DNA of 64,000 nt. Origin: Alphaproteobacteria bacterium (GTDB lineage: Bacteria > Pseudomonadota > Alphaproteobacteria > Bin95). Shown here one piece after another: positions 9,063 through 17,994 of the stretch. The position numbers and the translations under genes were made by a program. The stretch covers positions 352,001 to 416,000 of the forward strand of contig CAXXWS020000002.1 of NCBI GenBank assembly GCA_963665325.3, written 5' to 3'. Within the stretch, counting starts at the first letter, position 1. Every line of letters begins with the position of its first letter. The notes beneath the pieces were generated by a model. It searched no databases. It saw nothing but the letters and a program-made list of their open reading frames with translations, and was not told the origin of the DNA.

Positions 9063-9815
9063 ATGGGAAACTTTCAGGGAAAACGCGCACTGGTCACCGG
9101 CGCCGGCACCGGCATCGGCGCCCGGCTCGCGCTCGATCTTGCCGAGGCCGGTGCGGAGGTGGCCATCTGCGGCCGCCGCCGCGAACCGCTTGAGGAGACC
9201 GCCCGGCAGGCCGGCGGCGGCATCGCCGTGCATCCCGCGGACCTGACGGACCCGGACGAAGCCGTTCGCCTCGCCGAGGCGGTCGGGCCGGTCGATATCC
9301 TAATCAACAATGCGGGGTTCTCTTCCAGCATCCGCAGCACGCGCCATGTCGGGCCGGAGGAGTGGCGCGCGGTCATGGACGTAAACACGCTCGGTCCCGC
9401 CATGCTGACCCGCGCTCTCCTGCCGCCCATGATCGAGAAGGGAGCCGGCGATGTGGTGACCGTCTCGTCCATGGCGGCGCTCCGCCCCAGCATCATGGCC
9501 GGCGCCGCCTACAGCGCCGCCAAGGCCGCCGTTCGCGCATGGATGAACGTGCTGGCCGCGGAGGTCCAGCAGCACGGCATCCGGTGCATCACCGTGTTTC
9601 CGGGCGAGGTCGATACGCCGATCCTCGACAGGCGCGCATTGCCGCCGGACGCCGGCGCCCGCGCCACGATGATGATGCCGGAAGATATTTCGACGCCGAT
9701 CGTGATGGCGCTCGCGCTGCCGCAGAGGGCCACCGTGTCCGAGATCGCCATTATCGCGACGGAGTCCCGGGACCTCACCGAGGATGTCCGCGCCGCGATG
9801 GAAAAAACGGCCTGA
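9063..9815 (+). CDS. SDR family oxidoreductase
   Basis: TGAGTGIG, NNAG, YSAAK. Confidence 0.9.
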   Translation: MGNFQGKRALVTGAGTGIGARLALDLAEAGAEVAICGRRREPLEETARQAGGGIAVHPADLTDPDEAVRLAEAVGPVDILINNAGFSSSIRSTRHVGPEEWRAVMDVNTLGPAMLTRALLPPMIEKGAGDVVTVSSMAALRPSIMAGAAYSAAKAAVRAWMNVLAAEVQQHGIRCITVFPGEVDTPILDRRALPPDAGARATMMMPEDISTPIVMALALPQRATVSEIAIIATESRDLTEDVRAAMEKTA

Positions 9816-9882
9816 CCGGCTGCTGCCGCCGGTTTGGCGCGAGGGGATGCCGGCCCGGGAAGCGTGCGCTGCCCGGGATGAA

Positions 9883-9911
9883 GAGAAAGCCGGCGGCTGT
9901 CCTGCCGGTTT
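9883..9911 (-). terminator. Putative terminator hairpin between convergent genes
   Basis: AAGCCGGC...GCCGGTTT stem; on the minus strand it is followed by a U-rich TCTCTT. Confidence 0.45.
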
Positions 9912-9940
9912 GACCGGACCGGATCGCGCTCCGACGCCCG

Positions 9941-10387
9941 TTACCGCTCGGTCCACCGCTTGCGGCGGAGGCGTTCGAGGCGGCGTTCGCGCTGCAGGCC
10001 ATGGCGCTTCAGGAAGCGCTGCACCGTGGACGCATCGAACGCCAGTCCCTCGGCGGCGAGCGCATCGCGCAGCCCCCGGACGGAAAGCCGCGGCTGCGCC
10101 TCCAGTATGCGAAGGATACGCTCCCGCTCCGGCTCGATCCGCGAGGCGCTGCCGCCCTGCCTGTCGGGCCGCACATGGCCGCGTTCGCGGAAACGCCTGA
10201 CCCAGAGACGGACGCTGGCCTCCCCCAGCCCGAAATGCCGGGCCGCGGCGGCGGCGCTCATGCCCCGCTCCACCACGGCCGCCACCGCCACGCCCCGCAG
10301 GTCCGTGCCGACCGGGCGGCCCTGCCTCAGCTCCGGCAGCGCGCCCGCCGGGCCGCCCTTCGTTTCGCCTGTCGATTCCTTCGTCAC
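9941..10387 (-). CDS. IS630-like transposase N-terminal HTH protein lacking a DDE domain
   Basis: DLR...VAAV.E.GMS..AAAR.FG.G.ASV..WV.R.RE.G and STVQRFLKRHGL; stops before any catalytic domain; start uncertain. Confidence 0.7.
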   Translation of the reverse strand: MTKESTGETKGGPAGALPELRQGRPVGTDLRGVAVAAVVERGMSAAAAARHFGLGEASVRLWVRRFRERGHVRPDRQGGSASRIEPERERILRILEAQPRLSVRGLRDALAAEGLAFDASTVQRFLKRHGLQRERRLERLRRKRWTER

Positions 10388-10656
10388 CGCTTCTCCCCCC
10401 ACTGCGTTGCTGCCGTTGCGCAACGCTGAACCCGAAAGCAACGCTCCGGCCCCTGCGCCGCTGCCGCGCCATCCTCCGGCCGCAAACCTTGAGCGGCACA
10501 GCGCGCCGCGCGCGCACATCTCTCCCGTTCGCTGCCCGGGCGACGGCTGGCTCCAGTTTGCTGCCGCGGCCGGTGCGGGGCCTGTGCGCGCCGCACCGGT
10601 CCGCCGGATCGTCAGGTCCAGGTCATGTCTTCCTTCGTTTTCTTGAGAAGTTGTCG

Positions 10657-10688
10657 AAACAAATACAGAACAAACTGGGCAATGTCAA
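10657..10688 (-). promoter_or_regulatory. Putative sigma70 promoter overlapped by a LexA-like box
   Basis: Minus strand TTGACA (10683-10688), 17-nt spacer, TATTTG; GTTC-N7-GTTT at 10657-10671 (alphaproteobacterial LexA consensus GTTC-N7-GTTC). Confidence 0.45.
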
Positions 10689-10968
10689 GCTCGGATCGAC
10701 GCCGAAGCGCACGCGGCGAGTCACCCCGGATGCCGCATTTCTCGACGGCCATTGCCATAAGATTAATTTATAGATGTTATGAGAAAACGGTCTTGGAGTT
10801 CATAGTGCATAGTGCGGACCATGTTGCCTGACATGGTGTGGCGTCGGCGGAAACCCCCATCCGCGCCGGGGCGTGTCTGCCGACAGGCTGTCCGGCCGAA
10901 GCGCTTACGGGAGTTTACCGGGCCGCAGCTTCGCGAGAAGCGGGCGTGCGAACCTGTCGTGAAAGGAC

Positions 10969-11409
10969 ATGAGGGCCGTGGACGAAGAGAAGGTTGAAAT
11001 CTCGATTGGCAACGACGTGTCCGAGATAGCCGGCGTCGCGGATCGAATTGACGAGTTCTGCGAGACCAGCGGGATAGGGCCGAAGACCGCCTACGCGCTC
11101 AATCTCTCCATCGACGAGGTTCTGACCAACACGATCGATTACGGATATGACGACGACGAGGCGCACCGCATTGAAATCGCCTTGCGCAAGGAGGCGGACA
11201 AGCTGGTTGCGGTGATCGAGGACGACAGCCGGGAGTTCGATCCCTCGGGCCCGCCGCCGGAGGTCGATTTCGATGCATCCCTCGAAGAGCGGGCCGTCGG
11301 CGGGCTCGGCCTTTTTCTTGTGCACGAGCTGATGGACAGCGTGGACTACCGCCGGGCCGATGGCCGCAACTTCATCACGCTGACGAAGAGCCTTGCCGGG
11401 AAGGACTGA
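10969..11409 (+). CDS. Anti-sigma factor / Ser-Thr kinase, RsbW-like HATPase
   Basis: LSIDEVLTNTIDYG, IEDDSREFDP, GGLGLFLVHELMD.VDY. Confidence 0.85.
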   Translation: MRAVDEEKVEISIGNDVSEIAGVADRIDEFCETSGIGPKTAYALNLSIDEVLTNTIDYGYDDDEAHRIEIALRKEADKLVAVIEDDSREFDPSGPPPEVDFDASLEERAVGGLGLFLVHELMDSVDYRRADGRNFITLTKSLAGKD

Positions 11410-11471
11410 TACCGGCGGCGGTTGATCGGAACCGATAGCGAGGGCGCCCCTGCCATCGGCCCGGTCCTCTT

Positions 11472-11580
11472 CCCCCTCGTCCCGAGTAGCGGCGCCAGCC
11501 CCGTGTCGAAGGAGGTCTTTCCGCCGGCGGGACGGTCCTTCGATGCGCACCCGCTGGCGCAGGCGCTACTCAGCACGAGG
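11472..11580. repeat. Stand-alone inverted doublet of the same REP-like family as 7025/7455
   Basis: 11472-11512 is 37/41 identical to unit A; 11536-11580 is a reverse-oriented unit. Confidence 0.88.
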
Positions 11581-11659
11581 AGAGGGCCGGGACGCCGAGC
11601 GGGGCTGCACCAACCCATGAGTCTGAATCCGGCACCGCTGGTATGACGAACCTGTACCT

Positions 11660-11716
11660 TCAGGCGTTCGACAGGCGAGTTTCGCCATGCGGTAAAAGTG
11701 GGGCGTCACCGGGTCG
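11660..11716 (-). repeat. Displaced duplicate of the acyl-CoA dehydrogenase 3' end (att-like direct repeat)
   Basis: Encodes DPVTPHFYR...ETRLSNA* versus DPVTPHFYRISKDYDETRLSNS* at 13048-13117; 15-bp identical core GGCGTCACCGGGTCG. Confidence 0.85.
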
Positions 11717-11730
11717 CCGCAGGGGCGGCT

Positions 11731-11946
11731 TTACTCCGCTGGGGCGGAGGGGGGGTACGTCGGCGCGTCGCGGCCGGCAATGTAGTTCTCCAGCCGCAAG
11801 AGCCTGTCCTAAATCTCCCTGAAGTCGTGCTGGATTTCGCGCATGTTCTAGCGTTGCTCGCTTCGCAAGCTGCAGATCGCGACGATGAGCCAACCGAACA
11901 GGGCAAGGGTGATCGCCGGCGCCAGCCAGGGGATGATCGCTTCCAT
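11731..11946 (-). pseudogene. Small transmembrane + coiled-coil protein pseudogene with two in-frame TAG
   Basis: MEAIIPWLAPAITLALFGWLIVAICSLRSEQR*NMREIQHDFREI*DRLLRLENYIAGR...; TAG at 11848-11850 and 11809-11811. Confidence 0.55.
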
Positions 11947-12027
11947 GTAATCAATCCTAATTCGGAACGACGCCACGCCCAACCCCGCCACCATAACGGC
12001 TGTAGCCGCAGTAAATCGGTTCGGTAG

Positions 12028-13032
12028 CTATTTGGGTCGCCAATTTTCGGCTACTGCGAGACCTCGCCGCCAAGCGACTTCTATCTCGTCGGACCCGGCA
12101 AGAAAGAACTCTCCACCGAGCGATTTTCCTGATTTCTCAAGTAAGTCCTTCATCGCCTTCTCGCCCTCCAATGCGTGGCCGGAACACGGGAAGGGGGCAC
12201 GGTCTTCCGCAAAAGTGGACTTATGGATAGTCCAGCGGAAGGCGCCCTTTGGCAAAGTATGATTGAAATACCTGCATCTGTAATTCGGACTTGCAGAAAA
12301 CCCGACCTTGACGATCAAGCGGCCATGCGCCGGCTCGCACAGAAATGCGTCTGCATCTCCCTTGAGGTTCAGGATATAAAGGTGCTTTCGACCTTCTGCT
12401 TCACAAACCATGTGGGGAGATTGGGAGACAGGGCCGGGACGACTGGGCGTCAGTACATTCTCCGCCGCTCCGAACGCGGAAAACCCCATCTCGGGTTGGC
12501 CATATACTTCAACTTCGTAAAGATCGAGGTCCAGAATTCGGTGGGCTTCGTCGGAAGTCAGAGGCATCCCTTGAGCGCCAATTGGTTGTCCACGTGCTGG
12601 CTTGTAAGTGATTGAGGCAAAACGACTTACATCAATTTGTGATTCTCGGCTTACACGCCACGCGCGAAGTGTTCTAACTCCATAGTTCCAACGTTTTTTC
12701 CCATCAGAATCGCTTTGTTTTTTGTTCCAATCATCTTCAGACATAAATTCGCGCGCATAAACACATTGGTGAGATTGTTGTTGAACTCCGATGATTTTTC
12801 TACGATCTTGAGGAGACGATCTGGACGCTCCATATAGGACAACCAAGACACCAGAAGTGCTTCGCCTAACAAAGCTTCTTCTCATCCATTCTTCCGTGAA
12901 ACCGAGGAACCCCCACTTTTCGGGCTCAAAGCTGTAAAGGCTGCTCAGCCATACGTTCGGCGGACTTTTCTTGATCGCGTCCAGCGGATTCATCAGGGCA
13001 ATCGAAGCTTCAGGATTCTGTGAATCCGCCAT
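12028..13032 (-). CDS. Hypothetical protein with C-terminal GIY-YIG/T5orf172-like motifs
   Basis: Lower-GC ORF; HLYIL...IVKVGFS.SP..R and E..MK..L...GGEFF. Confidence 0.6.
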   Translation of the reverse strand: MADSQNPEASIALMNPLDAIKKSPPNVWLSSLYSFEPEKWGFLGFTEEWMRRSFVRRSTSGVLVVLYGASRSSPQDRRKIIGVQQQSHQCVYAREFMSEDDWNKKQSDSDGKKRWNYGVRTLRAWRVSRESQIDVSRFASITYKPARGQPIGAQGMPLTSDEAHRILDLDLYEVEVYGQPEMGFSAFGAAENVLTPSRPGPVSQSPHMVCEAEGRKHLYILNLKGDADAFLCEPAHGRLIVKVGFSASPNYRCRYFNHTLPKGAFRWTIHKSTFAEDRAPFPCSGHALEGEKAMKDLLEKSGKSLGGEFFLAGSDEIEVAWRRGLAVAENWRPK

Positions 13033-13047
13033 TCCAAGGCTCCCCAC

Positions 13048-14328
13048 CTACGAATTCGACAGGCGGGTTTCGTCGTAGTCCTTGCTAATGCGGTAGAAAT
13101 GCGGCGTCACCGGGTCGAGGCCCGAGCGCTCATGCTCGCGGACGACATTGCGCGCGATGCCGCGCAGATGCACCTCGTCGGGCCCGTCGATGAACTGTAG
13201 CGCCCGGCCCCAGGTCCATAGCCAGGAAAGCGGTGTGTCCGGCGTGAGGCCCATGGAGCCGAACACCTGCATCGCCCGGTTGGCCACCGTGGTTTGCAGG
13301 CGTGCGGCCACCACCTTGATCTGCGAGACCTCGTTGCGGGCCGCTTTGTTGCCGTGATGGTCGATCAGCCAGGCGGTGCGCAGGCAGAGCAGCCGCGCCA
13401 TGTCGATCTCGGTCCGCGAAAGCGCCACGGCCTCGCGCACCGTGTCGTGGTCGATGGTGCGCTTGCCGAAGGTCATGCGGTTGAGCCCGCGCTCGATCAT
13501 CAGCTGCAGCGCCACCTCGCATTGCCCGATGGTGCGCATGCAGTGGTGGATACGGCCCGGCCCCAGTCGCGCCTGCGCGATGGCGAAGCCGCCGCCGACC
13601 TCGCCCATCAGGTTCTCGTACGGCACCCGGACATTGTCGAAGACAACTTCGCAATGCCCCTCCGGCGCGACGTGGTGCATGACCGGGATATTCCGCGCGA
13701 CGCGCACGCCCGGCGTGTCGGGATCGACGAGGACCTGGCTCTGGCGCCGGTGGACCGCGGCGTCGGGGTCGGTCACGCCCATGACGATCATCACGCCGAG
13801 CTCGGGATGGGCGGCGTTGGTGATGAACCACTTGCGCCCGTCAATGACCCATTCGTCGCCCTCGCGCCGGATGCGGGTCTGGACATTGGTGGCGTCCGAG
13901 GACGCGACTTCCGGCTCGGTCATGCAGAAGGCCGAGCGGATCCTGCCGTCCAGCAGCGGCTCCAGATAGCGCTGCTTCTGCTCCGGTGTGCCGAACATAT
14001 GGAAGACTTCCATATTGCCCGTGTCCGGCGCGTTGCAGTTGAACATTTCCGGCGCCCAGTAGATGCGGCCCATGATCTCGGCGAGCGGCGCATATTCCAG
14101 ATTGCTGCAGCGTGTGCCCGGCGCATCCTCGGGCAGCGAGGGTAGGAACATGTTCCAGAGCCCTTCTTCCCTGGCCCGGTCCTTGATGCCGGTGCAGAAG
14201 GGGGGCGGGAAGACGCCCTGCTCGGTCAGTTCGTGCCATTCCTTATCGCGCGGCACGATCTCGCGGGCCATGAAGCGGGTCACCTGCTCCTGGAGCTGGC
14301 GGACCTTGTCGGAATATTCGAAATCCAT
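13048..14328 (-). CDS. Acyl-CoA dehydrogenase family protein
   Basis: FNCNAPDTGNME, MTEPEVASSDATN, AQARLGPGRIHHCMR, DGPDEVH. Confidence 0.92.
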   Translation of the reverse strand: MDFEYSDKVRQLQEQVTRFMAREIVPRDKEWHELTEQGVFPPPFCTGIKDRAREEGLWNMFLPSLPEDAPGTRCSNLEYAPLAEIMGRIYWAPEMFNCNAPDTGNMEVFHMFGTPEQKQRYLEPLLDGRIRSAFCMTEPEVASSDATNVQTRIRREGDEWVIDGRKWFITNAAHPELGVMIVMGVTDPDAAVHRRQSQVLVDPDTPGVRVARNIPVMHHVAPEGHCEVVFDNVRVPYENLMGEVGGGFAIAQARLGPGRIHHCMRTIGQCEVALQLMIERGLNRMTFGKRTIDHDTVREAVALSRTEIDMARLLCLRTAWLIDHHGNKAARNEVSQIKVVAARLQTTVANRAMQVFGSMGLTPDTPLSWLWTWGRALQFIDGPDEVHLRGIARNVVREHERSGLDPVTPHFYRISKDYDETRLSNS

Positions 14329-14358
14329 TGTGTCTCGCTTTCGGGTGACGCCGGCGCG

Positions 14359-15225
14359 TCAGCAGGCATCGCCGTTCAGGCGGCCCCGCGCCGGGGAGAC
14401 GGGATAGACGCCGAGGACGCGGATTTCACGCGAGAAGAAGTCGAGTTCCTCCAGCGCCAGCCTGACGGAATGGTCCTCGGGATGGCCCTCGATGTCGGCG
14501 TAGAACAGTGTGGCGGTGAAGCTGCCGTCGGTCATGTAGCTTTCGAGCTTGGTCATGTTGACGCCGTTGGTCGCGAACCCGCCGAGCGCCTTGTAAAGCG
14601 CGGCCGGCACGTTGCGGACCTTGAACAGCAACGTGGTCGTCACCGGCACGCCCGGCGGCGGGTGGGCCGCTTCGCGGGCCAGCACGATGAAGCGGGTCGT
14701 GTTGTGCGCCGCGTCCTCGATGTCGGCACGCAGGATTTCGAGGCCGTAGTGTTCGGCGGCGAGCGTGGACGCAATCGCCGCCTCTTCGGGATCGGCCCGC
14801 GACGCGACCTCGGCGGCCGCGCCTGCGGTATCGGCATGGACGAGCGCGGTGAGGCCCAGTTCGCGGATGAGCCTGCCGCACTGGCCGAGCGCATGGACAT
14901 GGCTGCGCACCCGCCGGATTGTATCGAGGCTGGCGCCGGGCGCGGCGAGAAGCTGGTGGCGCACAACCTCGAAATGTTCCGCGATGATGTGCAGTCCGGT
15001 TTCCGGCAGCAGCCGGTGGATGTCCGCTACGCGACCGGCGATGGAGTTCTCGATGGGAATCATCGCAAGCGCCGCCTCGCCTTCCTCCACCGCCGCGAAA
15101 GCATCCTCGAAGGCACGGCAGGGAAGCGGCTCCAGATCCGGGTAGGCCTGGCGGCAGGCAAGGTCTGAATAGGCGCCCGGCTCGCCCTGAAAGGCGATCC
15201 GGCGGTCGTCGGTGTCGGCGGCCAT
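14359..15225 (-). CDS. pheA: Prephenate dehydratase
   Basis: IAFQGEPGAYS, PIENSIAGRV, NTTRF, ACT domain with TKLESY. Confidence 0.92.
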   Translation of the reverse strand: MAADTDDRRIAFQGEPGAYSDLACRQAYPDLEPLPCRAFEDAFAAVEEGEAALAMIPIENSIAGRVADIHRLLPETGLHIIAEHFEVVRHQLLAAPGASLDTIRRVRSHVHALGQCGRLIRELGLTALVHADTAGAAAEVASRADPEEAAIASTLAAEHYGLEILRADIEDAAHNTTRFIVLAREAAHPPPGVPVTTTLLFKVRNVPAALYKALGGFATNGVNMTKLESYMTDGSFTATLFYADIEGHPEDHSVRLALEELDFFSREIRVLGVYPVSPARGRLNGDAC

Positions 15226-15238
15226 CGAATGTATCAAC

Positions 15239-15967
15239 TTATCGTTTTACAGTAAGGAGTTCCCGCGCCCGGGCGAGGTCGGCGGGAGTATCGACGCCGA
15301 GCGGAACGCTGTCAACGACCGCCACCGCCACCCGCATTCCCGCTTCCAGCGCACGCAACTGTTCCAGTTTCTCGCGCTGCTCCAACAGGCTTGGCGGAAG
15401 CGTGGTGAAGCGTTCCAGGGCCGTCCGCCGCCATGCATAGAGGCCGATATGGTGGAAGAGCGGGCCGGGGCCCGCCGGAGCCGTCGCGCGGGTGAAATAG
15501 AGCGCGCGGCCATGGGCGCCGAACACCGCCTTCACGACATTGGGGTTCGTGCGCTCCTCCTCGCGCGCGATCTCGGCAGCGACCGTGCCGATATCCACCT
15601 CCGGGTCGTCGAGCAGGGCCAGCGCGGCGCGGATGTCTCCGGGCGGCACGGTCGGCAGGTCTCCCTGGAGATTGACCACCCGGTCGAACCTCCGGCCGGG
15701 GTCGAAATCGTCGAGCGCGGCGCGGATGCGGTCCGAGCCGGAGGGCAGGCCGGGGTCGGTCATTGCCGCTTCGCCGCCCGCCGCGCGCACCGCTTCGGCG
15801 ACTTCCGGCTCGCAGCAGGCGACGAGTACCGGCCCGACGCCGGCCTCCACGGCGCGCTCGAGCACATGGACGATCAGCGGCCGTCCGGCGATGTCCGCGA
15901 GCGGCTTGCCGGGCAGGCGCGTCGAAGCCATCCGCGCGGGTATCGCGATCAGCGCAGAGCCGTTCAT
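15239..15967 (-). CDS. kdsB: 3-deoxy-manno-octulosonate cytidylyltransferase
   Basis: [34 protein letters not shown]. Confidence 0.95.
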   Translation of the reverse strand: MNGSALIAIPARMASTRLPGKPLADIAGRPLIVHVLERAVEAGVGPVLVACCEPEVAEAVRAAGGEAAMTDPGLPSGSDRIRAALDDFDPGRRFDRVVNLQGDLPTVPPGDIRAALALLDDPEVDIGTVAAEIAREEERTNPNVVKAVFGAHGRALYFTRATAPAGPGPLFHHIGLYAWRRTALERFTTLPPSLLEQREKLEQLRALEAGMRVAVAVVDSVPLGVDTPADLARARELLTVKR

Positions 15968-16115
15968 CGGTCTGGATTTACGCGACGCAACGCCGCATAT
16001 CCGCTCATTTCAGCCGTCCCTACACTCGTATTCCGACAGAGGACTTCCCGGCACACGCCATGCCGCCGTGCAAGAATGCCCTGGCGCGCGCGGCCGTCAA
16101 CTGGACGACAAGGCG

Positions 16116-17189
16116 ATGGACGTTTTCGAGTTCAACAAACTTGTGGGCGGCCTGTTGCTGGCCGGCGTCGTGACGATGTTTATCGGCATTTTCGGCAACA
16201 CGCTGGTCCCGAAACAGGATGGCGGGCACGGCGTCGAGCCGCACGGGACCGAGATGGCCGCGGCTGCGCCCGCAGCTCGTGCCAAGCCCGCCGGTCCCGA
16301 GCCGATCGCCGCCATGCTGGCCGAGGCCGATATCGCGCGCGGCGAGTCGATCACCAGGAAATGCACCACCTGCCATACCTTCGCCGAAGGCGGCGCGGCG
16401 AAGCAGGGGCCGAATCTCTACAACATCGTCGGCACGGACATAGCGGCCCGGGAAGGGTTCAAATATTCGGACGCGATGGCGGAGCACCCGGGCGACTGGG
16501 ACTACGCAAATCTCAACGCGTTCCTCTTCAAGCCCAGGACTTTCCTCAAGGGCACGAAGATGACCTTTGTCGGGCTGAAGAAGACCCGCGACCGCGCCGA
16601 TCTCATCGCCTATCTGCGCACGCTCTCGACCTCGCCCCAACCGCTGCCGGAAGGCGACGCCTCCGAGCCGGCCCAGGAAGGCGGGACGGAGCCGAAGGCT
16701 GCACTGCCGGCCCTGCCGGCCCCGGCGCAGGCGGCGGAACGAACGGCGCCCGCGCTGGACGCGGCTCCGGAAGCGGCGGTGCGGCATAGCTGGAACTTCT
16801 CGCTGATCGGAACGGCCATGGCGGCCGAACCGGCCAAGAGTCTTGCGGAGCGCCTGGCAGTCGCCGATCCCGAGGCCGGCAAGAAGGTGTGGCGCAAGTG
16901 CAAGGCCTGTCACACCATCGACAAGGGCGGCAAGAAGCGCATCGGCCCCAATCTCTGGAACATCGTCGGCGCGGATGTAGCGGCGCGTGAAGGCTTCAAA
17001 TATTCCAAGGGGATGGTGGCGTTCGGCGGCCAATGGACCTATGAGCGGCTCGACGCCTATCTCACCAAGCCGAGGAAGGTGGTGAAGGGCGGCAAGATGT
17101 CCTTTGTCGGGCTGAAGAAGCCGAAAGACCGCGCCAATATCATCGCCTTCCTGCGGGCCCAGGCGGACGAACCGCTTCCGCTCCCCTGA
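16116..17189 (+). CDS. Membrane-anchored cytochrome c with two class I (c2/CycM-like) domains
   Basis: N-terminal FEFNK + TM anchor; CTTCH...GPNL...GTKMTF and CKACH...GPNL...GGKMSF. Confidence 0.88.
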   Translation: MDVFEFNKLVGGLLLAGVVTMFIGIFGNTLVPKQDGGHGVEPHGTEMAAAAPAARAKPAGPEPIAAMLAEADIARGESITRKCTTCHTFAEGGAAKQGPNLYNIVGTDIAAREGFKYSDAMAEHPGDWDYANLNAFLFKPRTFLKGTKMTFVGLKKTRDRADLIAYLRTLSTSPQPLPEGDASEPAQEGGTEPKAALPALPAPAQAAERTAPALDAAPEAAVRHSWNFSLIGTAMAAEPAKSLAERLAVADPEAGKKVWRKCKACHTIDKGGKKRIGPNLWNIVGADVAAREGFKYSKGMVAFGGQWTYERLDAYLTKPRKVVKGGKMSFVGLKKPKDRANIIAFLRAQADEPLPLP

Positions 17190-17207
17190 GGCGCGCTTGG
17201 GCGCGCC

Positions 17208-17993
17208 ATGCAGACGATCCGCGCCTTCCTTGACCGTTTGGGAGATACCGTCCGCCCCATCCACCGGCGCTATTTCCGCTCGGGAGTAGCAGTCGAGCGC
17301 AAGGACGATGAATCGCCTGTAACCCGCTCCGACCGGGAGGCCGAGCAGGCGCTGCGGCGGGAAATTGCCAACGCCTTCCCCGAAGACGGCATTTTGGGCG
17401 AGGAGTTCGGCTCCGAACGCCTGGATGCCCGGCGGGTCTGGGTTCTGGATCCCCTCGACGGCACGCGCGCCTTCGTCAATGGCAAGCCGGTTTTCGGCGT
17501 CATGGCGGCGCTTCTGGAAGAGGGCCGGCCGATTGCGGGACTGATCGACATGCCGATTCTGTCCGAACGTTGGATCGGCATCGCCGGCGAGCCGACGACC
17601 TTCAACGGTGCGCCGGCCCGGGTGCGCGGTTGCGAGAGGCTCGCGGCGGCGTCGCTCAATGCGACCTCGCCCGACATTTTCCCGGACAATGCCTCGCTGA
17701 CGGCATTCGACCGCCTGTCGGCAGCCTGCGGGCAGCGGCATTTCGGCGGCGACTGCCATCTCTACGGCCTCCTGGCGTCGGGCTGGATCGACCTCGTCGC
17801 AGAGGCCGGCCTCGCGCCCTACGACTATCTCGCCCATGTCGCCATCGTGGAAGGCGCCGGCGGGCGGATCGGCGACTGGCAGGGCCGCCCGCTCGGCCTC
17901 GAGTCGGACGGACGGGTGTTGGCCGTGGGCGCCCCGGAACTGTTCGAGCAGGCGCTCGACCGCCTTGGCGGGCCGGGCGGCGGCTCGGGGTGA
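17208..17993 (+). CDS. hisN: Histidinol-phosphatase, inositol monophosphatase family
   Basis: SPVT..DREAE, ILGEEFG, WVLDPLDGTRAF, GGDC..YGLLASG. Confidence 0.75.
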   Translation: MQTIRAFLDRLGDTVRPIHRRYFRSGVAVERKDDESPVTRSDREAEQALRREIANAFPEDGILGEEFGSERLDARRVWVLDPLDGTRAFVNGKPVFGVMAALLEEGRPIAGLIDMPILSERWIGIAGEPTTFNGAPARVRGCERLAAASLNATSPDIFPDNASLTAFDRLSAACGQRHFGGDCHLYGLLASGWIDLVAEAGLAPYDYLAHVAIVEGAGGRIGDWQGRPLGLESDGRVLAVGAPELFEQALDRLGGPGGGSG

Positions 17994-17994
17994 C

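Noticed and set aside
9941-10387. Complete IS630 element
   Set aside because: No DDE domain, frameshifted orfB or terminal inverted repeats were found.
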